A stretch of DNA of 20,000 bases from Emiliania huxleyi CCMP1516. Its lineage: Eukaryota. The stretch spans positions 301,121 to 321,120 of the forward strand of contig NW_005201113.1 in assembly GCF_000372725.1 (NCBI RefSeq), given 5' to 3'. Both the position numbers and the translations under genes were made by a program. Shown in pieces: positions 9,217 through 18,902 of this stretch (positions are counted from its first letter, which is position 1; every line of letters starts with the position of its first letter). The notes under the pieces are model-generated. The model saw only the letters and a program-made list of their open reading frames with translations, made no database searches and was not told where the DNA came from.

Positions 9217-12200
9217 TGCGGCATGGTGCCCCGCTCGGACTGCACAATTGAGCAGTCGGGACCTGTGGCGATGCAAATGTCCAGGTCTCCGCAGTTTTGT
9301 GACAGGCGGCGGCGGCCACCACCACCAAAGGAGCCCGACAGTAACGTGCTGACGTCGATTTCAAGGTGCGGGCCCAGAGGTTGGCCCGCCCCGGTTCTCA
9401 AGTTGATTGTCGTGGACAGTAGGGTCACCCTCAGTTCTTGAACGTCCACGCGTAGCTTCATCGGTGTGCCAGCGCACCGGCCATCGAACTGGCCTTCGAC
9501 CGCGCAGAAGAAGTACTTCATGTTGGCCGCACTATCCAACAGCCCAGGCAGCGCATTCTGCAAGTCTAGCCGCATGGCCACGTCGCTGCGCTGCAGTGGG
9601 TGGTCCGCCGAGGAGCGCCCCGCGAATGTGACCTCGGGCATGTCCAGTGTCCCTGTGCCGATGTGCGCCCACGTTGCGCTCCCCGATGCGCGCATGGTGG
9701 CGGAGAAGCCGGTGGGGTTGAAGAACTGAAAAACCTCGTCGGCGTTCATGTGATTGCGCAAGACATTCATCCCTTCATTCACCAAATTATTGCAATGATG
9801 AGCCGCGAGCCGGCGGTCGGCACTCGCACGCATCGAGTCCATGTGCGCCACCGACGCGTTTGCATCCACTTGCGGCTGTGGTGCCCACTCTTCCGTGTGC
9901 GAATCGTTGAGACGCCCAACCGATGCGCCAGGAGCGCGTAGCTCCGCCTCGAAATGCTCCCGTGGCTCAGTCACGTTCTCCCCGACTTCCGCCAGCCGAC
10001 GGCCAGAGAAGACAACACACAAGGCTAGCCGCCATGCAAAACCACGAGGAAAATTGTTGCGATCGCGCGCCGCCTCGCAAGGACATCTGAGAACGCCAGA
10101 GTAGGGATTGAAGCCGAGCCTCTCCAACCCTGTGCAAGCCTCATGGATTATGCCGGCGAGTCTGTCACAGAGAACGCCGTTGACTACAGAGGACGCCGAG
10201 AACACCTGAGTCCGAAGGAGCCGACGGTCAGGGTTGCAGCGCAGCGATGGCGACCTCGGGTTGTGGGCCGTGCGCCCTGTGAAGGTTGTTGAAGAGCGTA
10301 TTGACCATGTCGTCAATGTCGGTGCCGCACTTTCTCGTATGAAAGCTCTGCAGCGGCAGCAGCTCCTCGGCCTCCGCAAAGGGCCCCGGCTCTTGGGAGG
10401 CAACCGGGTCCGATTCCTGCACACGGCGCTGCTGCCGAGTGGCCCCCGCCGTCATGTCGGCGAGCGAGAAGGTTTCATCGATCGTGTCCGCATCGTTGAC
10501 GAGCACGCCCACCATTTCGGCGGCTAGGCGGTACGCCAGGGAGAGGCGGAGCGTCGCGTCGGGATCGGCAAGCACGGGTAGCATGCGCGCGATGAGCTCT
10601 CCAGTCTCGTCGCCTAGACGGAGCTCGCAGTTGACGGAGACGTTGCCCCATCCGAACCCAGCCAGCAGCATCGGGGCAGAGAGTTCGCATGCAATGGCGT
10701 TCTGTTGGGCCAGCGTGAGGATTGTGGCATCCTCGCCCCACGTGCTTGGGTGGGGCGCTAGCGGATGCGACGAAGCGGCAGGAACGTGCGGATACGAAGC
10801 GACGAGCGACAGATCTGATACGGCCAACGCAAAGGCGGTGGGGTTGTGCAGCTGCGCCTCCACGGATACGGCCAGCGCACCCACGGATGCCGCTCGGTGC
10901 TCGATTGCCTGGGCACAACTCAATCCGCTGTCCGCCTGCACCTCGCTCAGCGTCTGGCTGCACAGCCGGACTGAGGTCAGCTGTCCGTCAGGCGTCGGGC
11001 GTGTCGACCTGGAGAGTAGCGTCTGGAAGGGCTCCGCCAGTACCTCGACCTCGGCGTACGGGTGGCGCGCATAGCCAGTGCACGGGTCCTCGCCTTGCAG
11101 CCGGCGCCTACCCTCAAAATCAAAGGCTAGGAATTTCTTGGAGTCTGTTCTGTGTGCGGCGGACGGACTCGTCTACGCCTTGCGCGGACTCGCCTACCCT
11201 CGTCGATGAGCCGCGACGGCAAGAAGGAGGCGGACTCGAGCTGCTCGTGCGCGACGCTCACGCCGAGCTCATGGACTTGCACCGCGACGCGGTAGGCAAT
11301 CGACAGCTCGACTGGCGAGTTGGGGCTGTTCTTCACAATCTGCAGCAGCGCGCCGGTGTCCGCTCCGACGCGAAAGTTGCACGAGAGCGCAGCGACGCCA
11401 AAGGCATGTGCTGGCAGCGTGAGCGGCGCGAGGAGCGTGCAGGCGGCTAGTTGCCCCGCCTGCACCATCTCGAGCGTCGTGACCTCCGAGGCCCATGCGC
11501 TGGGGTGTTGGGCCACCCCGTGTCGCGAAGTCTCGACCACGGCCACGAACAGTTCGGACACGCTGACGCCCAACGGGGAAGGATTATAGACCTGCCAGGA
11601 GGCGGCGCGCTAGGAGAAATGGGCGCGGGCGCGTCGTGGCGCGGCAGGCGGCTCACCTGAATGTCCACGTCCATCGGGATCGAGCCGTTGGCCGCACGCT
11701 CCTCGATGTGGGCGGCGCACGCCCTGCCGCTGTCGGCCTGGATCGAAGCAAAAGGCGCACCGCCACACACCTGCACCGCACACGGTTTGCCCCCGAGCGC
11801 CCCCGCCTCCCTCGCGAGCTCCTCAAAATAGTTCGCACAGCCCTCTGGTCGGTCGTGCTCGTTCAGCTCACGCCGTGTGCCTTGGAGCGGCTGCCGGAAG
11901 AGCGAAAAGTCGGCCTCATTCGCCGTTATTGTCATCGAGCTGCTGAAAGGGAACGACATCAGGAATTCAACAGCGACAAAGTAGCTGACGCGAACGCTGA
12001 TGCCGTCGGCCGTCATCAGTGCCTCAGACGGCGCATTGTGTGAAGCCAGCTCGCAGTACAAGGCTACCTCGCCCCAGCCGGGAGGGAGCGTGACTCCGCC
12101 ACGAGCTAGCGAGCAGCCAACGAGTGCTCCCGCGCTGATGGTGGCGTCGGCGCTCGTGGCGGGGTCCATGTTGTCACTGTGCCCGACGAGCGTGACCGCG

Positions 12201-12508
12201 GAGTCGGTGCTGCTGACGCCGACGGAGAATATGGTTGGGTTGTGCACGCGGACGTCGATGAGCAGGCGAGTGGTCGTGCTGGCCGGGCTGCTGCTCTCTG
12301 GGCATTCATGGCCGCAGCGGCTCACGCCGCACACCTCAACCGATTGTGGTCCAATCTGGCCGAGTGGCAAGATGGCGCCCACGAGGAGCACGATGAAGAC
12401 GATACACAGCAGGAGGAGACAGCAGCAGCAGCACAGGCAAAGTGCACGGCAGCAGTGAGGCCCGCGTGTGCCACGGGAAGTGGATGGGGAGACCTTCGCG
12501 GCCGGCAT
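8988..12508 (-). CDS. Large type II membrane protein with three (possibly four) tandem LEA_2/WHy-like beta domains and a poly-Pro tract; exons 12508-11657, 11591-11194, 11107-10255, 10205-8988; ~1100 aa
   Basis: N-terminal Cys cluster plus TM helix (CLCCCCCLLLLCIVFIVLLVGAIL). Repeats VRVHNPTIFSVGVS / IQVYNPSPLGVSVS / AQLHNPTAFALAVS each have conserved Cys pairs and a C-terminal Y.VAV-like strand. Three introns (GT, GC, GT donors) join the four ORFs in frame. The 3' end and possible further in-frame introns are uncertain. Confidence 0.7.
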
Positions 12509-12784
12509 ACGCTAAAGTCGTTACGACGTGACTTCTTTTTCTCGCGCAAGGTGATTTTTTTACTTGACATCTCGGACAGGGTGGTGTGTCCCCGCCCTGA
12601 CTCCGCCAAAACGCCCTACCTACTACATTTGCGGGCGCCGACCGCCAGCCCCCCCCCCCCCCCCCCCCACCCACCCACCCTCCCTACCTATTGCGGGGCC
12701 CTCTGGGGCGGTCAAGATCGGACCTACCTACCTATTTGCGGGGCTCCGATGGTATGTATGTTCTATGTATGTAGAAAGATGAAC

Positions 12785-12837
12785 AACAGTCAGGCTCGGA
12801 CTGGACACCAACGCGGTATGGGTGGACGCGGGACAGA
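12785..12837 (+). repeat. Dispersed ~50 bp repeat, copy 2
   Basis: Reverse-complement match to 1455-1509. Confidence 0.85.
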
Positions 12838-13016
12838 TGATGACGACACGCACGAGCGACACACAGACACAAATCCGATGGGGCGCAGACCCCCTATCCG
12901 GGTTGGAGCCCGAAGGCCCCGAACCCTGTGAGCTGCCCCCCCCCGCCCGCCGTCGAGTAGCCATTCTAGACGCACGATTCGCCGCCCGTCGCCGCTGCCC
13001 CAGCTCCGCTCTGCAC

Positions 13017-14537
13017 ATGGGCTGCGCCTCGAGCGCAGAGAAAGTGGTCGTGCTGGACGACCTCGCGGCTGTGCGCACCGCATCTGGCCGCGCGCCGTGC
13101 GGCAAGTTTCTCTCGGCAGACGACTACAATCGCGCTTCAGCGTGCTGGACATTGCGTCAGGACTTTTCACTTGACACGTTTGCAGGACACCTCGAAAGAG
13201 TAGTGCGCCTGCAATCAATCTTTCGCGGATACGCCATCCGCAAGCGTGTGCGCATCGACCAAAATGTCTTCAAACTTCTCCGGCAGGCTGAAGCTTCATG
13301 GGCCGGGCCGCATGCCGCGGTGCGCCCGCCGGTCTGCCGGCCGGGCGACCTCGAGCGTGTGATCGGGCTCCGGCACAGGCATGCCAATGGCGAGGCGCTG
13401 CCGGGCATCTTCAACCCGTATGCCAAGGCAAGTGCGGGGCCTTGGGCCCGCGCGTCCTTCCACGTCCACACCAGCGACGGCGAGATCTTGCGCGCCGACA
13501 AGCCCACCGAGCAGATCCTCCGCGACTGCGCCGGATACAACCTGGTCGGCCTGGTCGCGAATGCGCACAACGCGGTCGTCGATGCAGATCTGGAGCAGCG
13601 CGGCGCCACCCTCGGCATGCATGTCCTCGCCGGCGCCGAATTGCTCTTCGAGTCCGGTCTTGGCCCGCACTTTGGCTTCTTCCCTCAACACCCCGAGCTA
13701 GCTATGGCCTACCACCCGACGATGGGCACGCCCATCGACCTTCCCAAGGCCGAGAGCTGCCCCAAAGAGCGGCTGTTTGCGGCGGAGCTGACGGGCGTCC
13801 ACTTCCATGAGGTTGCAAACGGCTACGTCCGACTCGCCGCTCCCGAGCCGGTGGGCGGCTATTCGTGGCGGAGCGATGGACAGTGGGACGCGCTCCTCTC
13901 CTCCGGCTGCCTCGTGTGGGGCATGGGCAGCGGCGACTCGTACCAGGGCATTCGCAGCGGCATTCTCGGGCATGACAACTTGGGTGAGTACGTGCAGACA
14001 GGCGTGGGACTCGCGTACAATGTGCTCTGCGTGGCGCCTGACGCGAGCTTGGATACGATGTTGCATGCGGTGCGGAGCGGCTGCTTCTACTTTAGCACGG
14101 GGCCCACCATCGATCGCATTGAGGTGGAGGGCACTCGCATCACCGTGGCCGCGGCGGGCGCGCACAAGATCGTCGCGACGACGGACGACGGCGCTTTTCT
14201 CACGCAGGAGTATGGCGCCTCTCTTAGCTTCGACCCGTGGGATCTCCTTGCGCGCCGCGACGCCGGCACGCGCGACGCCACGTATGTGCGCGTGACGGTC
14301 TCGGAAGCCGTGTACGAGCCCCCAACGCAGGCCGGTGCCGTGCAGCGCTCGCGCATTGAGTTCGCGTGGACGCAGCCCTTCTGGCTGAGCCTCGACGGCT
14401 TCAGCCTCGCACGCGACCGGCGCAGGCACCTTCTCGACGCGGCAGCGCCCGGCCACGCGGCCAGCCTGCGCAAGAACTACAGAGACCGCTTCGACGAGAC
14501 CTTCCGCGCGCGATTCGCGATGGTGGACTGCGCGTAA
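13017..14537 (+). CDS. Intronless PHP-family (CehA/McbA-like) metallophosphoesterase with N-terminal MGCxxS acylation motif and IQ motif, 506 aa (alternative upstream ATG at 12837)
   Basis: PHP-type motifs W...FHVHTSDG, GY..VG...AHN, AGAE, YHP, EVANG, WD.LL..G..VWG.GSGD, A.R.G.FY.STGP and C-terminal YVRV...AWTQPFW. IQ-like LQSIFRGYAIRK. Starts MGCASS. Confidence 0.75.
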   Translation: MGCASSAEKVVVLDDLAAVRTASGRAPCGKFLSADDYNRASACWTLRQDFSLDTFAGHLERVVRLQSIFRGYAIRKRVRIDQNVFKLLRQAEASWAGPHAAVRPPVCRPGDLERVIGLRHRHANGEALPGIFNPYAKASAGPWARASFHVHTSDGEILRADKPTEQILRDCAGYNLVGLVANAHNAVVDADLEQRGATLGMHVLAGAELLFESGLGPHFGFFPQHPELAMAYHPTMGTPIDLPKAESCPKERLFAAELTGVHFHEVANGYVRLAAPEPVGGYSWRSDGQWDALLSSGCLVWGMGSGDSYQGIRSGILGHDNLGEYVQTGVGLAYNVLCVAPDASLDTMLHAVRSGCFYFSTGPTIDRIEVEGTRITVAAAGAHKIVATTDDGAFLTQEYGASLSFDPWDLLARRDAGTRDATYVRVTVSEAVYEPPTQAGAVQRSRIEFAWTQPFWLSLDGFSLARDRRRHLLDAAAPGHAASLRKNYRDRFDETFRARFAMVDCA

Positions 14538-15270
14538 GATCGGCGGCTCGGCGCGCGCATCGGGTTCAGCGATTTAGGAACACGACCGACCCCTGGCCCT
14601 GCATGTGCTGGGATATCCCAAATTCCGGGTTTTTTTGAGAGCGCCTTCGTTGTTAAGGTGGCAGTCCGGGTTTTGCGAGACGGGTGTCGTCCCGCAAGAT
14701 GGCATCACGCTCGCACCTGCCGACCGCCGCCACGGCGGCGAGACGCCTTCTCCGCCACCGCGGCGCCGGCCACAGGCCAGCGCTAGGCAGCTGCCGGCCA
14801 CACTGGGCCGGATTTGCCGGTAACCGTCGCCGCACACTCCTACGTCCACGCCGCTGTGACGTCTGGCGACGAGGCGCCGGCCGCCAAGCTTCATCGCCAA
14901 CGTGGTCGCTCGCTGGTCCTCTCGGCTCGGCCACGCGTCGGCCCAGCTCACACGAGCTCCAGACAGCCACCAGTCGCCACGCGCAAAGCGTACGGGTCGC
15001 CGGCTCCCTGTTGTGCTCTCACGCTGGCCGGCGTAAAACTGTGCTGGCAGTTGTCAAGCCGTACCCGTCGCGTTTCGAAAGGGAGCCCTCAATCGACGCG
15101 TCTACACGCACCTTGCCACCGCTCTCCACAACTGCTACCGTGGACATCAAGCTCCTCGACTCGATCTGCGGCTACGACGGCGCTCTAGCTGCTGGCTCTC
15201 GCGGGTGTCTGGCGACCCGCTCAGGCTTGCGAAACGGCCGGCCGCGGCGACGTGTTTCGAGCTCGCTGGC

Positions 15271-15928
15271 CTTCTCCGCGCGGCTGGGCCCGCCCCTAGT
15301 CGGGGCAGACCCGCCCAGTCACTGGGCAGCGCGTGCGCCGTCATCCTGGACGACGGTGTGCCGATGCATCCGGGAGGCTCCGCGGGGCTGCTATAGCAGC
15401 CTCGGGAGGGTCGAAAATCGAAGCCGGAGCGGCGGACCACGGAAGCTCCACGGACGGTGAGGCGGGCTGTGGTTGGCCCCCCCTGACCGGGTGAGGGAGT
15501 GGCGCCCCGGGAGTGCCGCTCCGGCGACGTCTGTGGCCTCCAAGGTACCGTGACCGCGGTGCTCGCTCTCGCGGCCGTCTCACGACCCGCTCGAGACGAA
15601 AACTGGAGCGGACGGTGCGACGAACCGCGAGTGGGATGGTCTTCTCCGCGCGGCTGGGCCCGCCCCTAGTCGGGGCAGACCCGCCCAGTCACTGGGCAGC
15701 GCGTGCGCCGGCGTTCTGGACGACGGTGTGCTGGTGCATCCGGGAGGCTCCGCGGGGCTGCTATAGCAGCCTCGGGAGGGTCGAAAATCGAAGCCGAAGC
15801 GGCGGACCACGGAAGCTCCACGGACGGTGAGGCGGGCTGTGGTTGGCCCCCCCTGACCGGGTGAGGGAGTGGCGCCCCGGGAGTGCCGCTCCGGCGACGT
15901 CTGTGGCCTCCACGGTACCGTGACCGCG
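15271..15928. repeat. 288 bp internal direct duplication (15271-15558 and 15641-15928)
   Basis: Near-identical copies offset by 370 bp, each containing the 16 bp palindrome ggctgctatagcagcc. Confidence 0.95.
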
Positions 15929-16039
15929 CCGGCCTCGCTCGGGAGGCTCTTTCGGAGCCGTCGGCCTCCGAAACCGTCGCGTTGCTGCGCCTGGACGGCT
16001 TCGATGCTCGCCAAACCCGTCGGCACCGTTCATATACAC

Positions 16040-16214
16040 ATGAATTGTGAACGAACGCGCATTTTTCTGATACTTTACTCGCATATGCCGAAATGTTAGT
16101 TTCGATCTAGTCCTCACGGACACAAAACAGAGGCCTCCTAGCACGGAGAAGCGACTAAGAGTCGCCGACGTGCGAGTAAAGTGTCAGAAAAATACGCCCG
16201 GAATCACAATTGAT
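16040..16214. repeat. ~50 bp imperfect inverted repeat in the AT-richer core of the transposon
   Basis: atttttctgatactttactcgca (16061-16083) pairs with tgcgagtaaagtgtcagaaaaat (16171-16193); outer aattgtga pairs with tcacaatt. Confidence 0.85.
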
Positions 16215-16905
16215 CCCGTCGACAAGGCGCCCCAATCGCGGAGGTCTGGCGCGGGCGTGGAGGCGAGCATCGACGCCTCGACGGTTGCTCTTCAGAGGCC
16301 GAAAACAGGCGCCTGAAAAAGGAGAGAACGCGAGACTGATCACGCGCGCGGAAAAGCCCGAGGGGCGAATCTAAAGTGCCGAGGCGCTTGCTAATCACCC
16401 CAGCTAGGGCCACGGAGGCGCTCGCGGCAGGTCTCCGCGCGCGCGCTGGCCGGTGGCAGCTGATCTCGGGCGGCGGGCGGCGGGAATGGGCTCGGGCGGC
16501 ACCTTTTGCCCTCAAAAGTCGTTCGAGAGTACCGGGTCGCGGCGGGAACGCGCCCATCCGCTCGATGGGTGTCAGGAGTCGATCGCCTGCGCCACGAGCG
16601 AGCACGGGAGTCGTCGCGATGGGAGTCGTAGCGGCGTGGCGCTGGGCTTCGAGAGAGCGACGTGGGCGCGGCGGCGCGGGCGGCCGGTGGGGCGCGTGAG
16701 GTCCGCACCTTCGCGACGGGCAGGCTCGATACGGCCGCTGGCCGGGGCGGCCGCTCGACCGGCCGCCGCGGTCGTTCCGGCGGCGGCGTCGGCGTCGGCG
16801 TCGCGAGCGAACTGGCTCGCATTCGACGAGCGACCCTCTTCACAGAACCCGGACTGCCACCTTAATAGTTTTTTCGAAAGCAAAGCTGCGCCCCCAGGGC
16901 ATGGC

Positions 16906-17624
16906 ATGACTCAGGTCCTCATCTTGTCAGAGAGGTCCAAGCGGTTCTTTTTGGACGTCGCGCGGTGGGTTCCGGTCGTGCTGGCCGTCCAGGAGTACGT
17001 TGGCACCGTCAGGCAAACCGAGGGTCGGTCGATGCAGCCTACTATGAACAGCACGCGCGCGTGGTGGCGCATCGGCGACTTGCTGCTCCTCGACCGGTGG
17101 CACGTGCGCAGTCGCGCCTCGCCCGAGCCCAGCCATCGCCAGGCACCCTCGCCAGGGCCCTCCGACGACGTGCGGTCTCCGCCCCGCAGGCGCGCTCATA
17201 CGAGCGCGGCGACGTGGTGGAGCTCCTCTCCCCATGCGAGGTTGGCGACGTGCTCATTAAGCGGGTGCGCGACTAGCACACCCCACCGATTGCCGCCGAG
17301 TCCCAAGAGCGGAGTGTGCCGTCCGCAACCCGCGCCCTCCGCCTCCCCCAGGTGATTGGCGTCGAGGGTGACCTTGTGCGGCCGCGGTGCGGGGACGGTT
17401 CGCTGGTGCGGGTACCGCGCGGGCACGTGTGGGTCGAAGGGGACAACGGCCCGTTATCGCACGACTCGAACGCGTTTGGCTGCGTGCCCGCCGGCCTCGT
17501 GCAGTCGCGAGTGGCCGCGAAGATCCTCCCGCTCTCTGAGGCCGGCGCCATCGAGTGCCGCCCGCCGCCGCGCGACCGCGTCATACCGAGCCGATACCCG
17601 CGCGCGATGAGATATGGGGACTGA
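16906..17624 (+). CDS. IMMP2L: Mitochondrial inner membrane protease subunit 2 (peptidase S26), exons 16906-17103, 17190-17264, 17352-17624; ~181 aa
   Basis: G.SMQPT (catalytic Ser), RGDVV, IKRVIG.EGD (catalytic Lys), VPRGHVWVEGDN...S.DSN.FG; two in-frame GT-AG introns. The DSN motif favours IMP2 over IMP1. Confidence 0.88.
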
Positions 17625-18142
17625 ATCATGTTGTTCCCGTGAGTTAGGATTTTAGTTTTCGGGCCGTGTCTGGAAATGTTTCTACACATTAAGGTTTCTA
17701 CATTAATTATGAGACGGCACGGCTCCGTCCTCAAGTCGTCCTCTGCAGCCTCTTCCGCGGACTCCGCTCTCGAGAAGTCGAGTCTTTCCGCCACACCAAC
17801 AAAAAACGACAAAAAATGAACAAATACGTCTTTTCGTGTTGCTGTTGGTTGGAGGTGTTGCACCGCGGCAAAGTGGGCTGCCCTGCGCCCGGTGCCCGAC
17901 TCCCCGCGCTTCCCAGCACCCAGGTAACGTGCAGGTCGCGCCCCCCGGGCCCTTTTTTTTGAGTGAGCCTGTCTACGGCTCTAGCTAGGTTCTTCTCGTC
18001 GTAAGTAACTCGTGAAGCAGTTTCTGTCTACGTATATAGACTCTCTAGTAAGCTGGCTCTATGTACGTACTTTTAGCTTACTGGGAGAAAAGGGAGAGGG
18101 AGGCGCATTGTATGTACAGCTCACCAGGCACAACACGCCCAA

Positions 18143-18483
18143 TCACGGCAGCGGCTTTGATTTGGCGACGGCTCGGAGCCTTCCCCTCGGGTTGGCACGG
18201 ATGGCCTCCAGCATGGCGCTGCTGCAGGAACGGGCACCGCTGCCGCCAGCCGCGCCCGGACTTGGAGATGAAGCCGGCGATGATCTCGGCAACGGCGGCG
18301 GCATGCTACTCAGGCGGGACGGGGAGGGTCGTGGCGGCGCGAGGAGGGCGGGGGGCGGCGGCTGCGAGGGAGGCGGCATAGACGTTTGGGGTGGCTGAGA
18401 CGCGCACATGCAATAGGCCCCCCAAGCGTCAAGTGGCTGCCCCGCTCCGGTCGGTGCGGCAGCAGTGGTCAGCGGCTGCGGCT

Positions 18484-18524
<41 letters not shown>

Positions 18525-18847
18525 TGCGGCGGCGGTGGCGGCGGCGGCGAAGGTGGCAACGCCTCAATCTTGTGCCGCAGTTGCTCGACGAAGGAGGCCA
18601 CCGCGACGCCCGACGCGCTCGAGCGGGTGACGGCGTGCAGCACTGCGCGCATCTCCTCGCCGCGCAGCCCGCTGGTGCCCATCGCCAGCCAGCGGCCGTG
18701 CGACAGCCGGCCCACCTAAGGTAAGGTCAGGCAGGGTAACCGTCTCAAAAGATGTAAGTCTGGGTAGGGGGGGCGACCCTTGCGACTCCACGTCTAAACG
18801 ACAGCCCCACGGCATCAAAAGTGCAAGGCCCGGTGCGCGCGGGCGAG

Positions 18848-18902
<55 letters not shown>

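Larger units (their letters stand above)
14657..16861. mobile_element. 2205 bp non-autonomous TIR DNA transposon with TTAA target-site duplication (Kolobok-like termini)
   Basis: Perfect 16 bp TIR GGTGGCAGTCCGGGTT (14657-14672 / 16846-16861), extending imperfectly to ~29 bp. TTAA at 14653-14656 and 16862-16865. No recognisable transposase ORF. Confidence 0.85.

Noticed and set aside
12822..13016. N-terminal 65 aa extension of the PHP ORF
   Set aside because: It begins at a GTG within a dispersed repeat. MGCASS at 13017 is a more plausible start, though the ATG at 12837 is not excluded.
14684..16843. ORFs inside the TIR element as a transposase
   Set aside because: Low-complexity Arg/Ala/Pro translations with no recognisable DDE or zinc-finger motifs.
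14653..16865. piggyBac assignment
   Set aside because: TTAA fits, but the termini begin GG rather than the CCY typical of piggyBac.
16453..16905. Long N-terminal extension of IMP2
   Set aside because: It lies almost entirely within the transposon and starts at a non-ATG codon; IMP2 homology begins at 16906.
17625..18140. AT-richer stretch as an RNA gene or TE fragment
   Set aside because: No recognisable structure, termini or second copy; consistent with convergent 3' UTRs.
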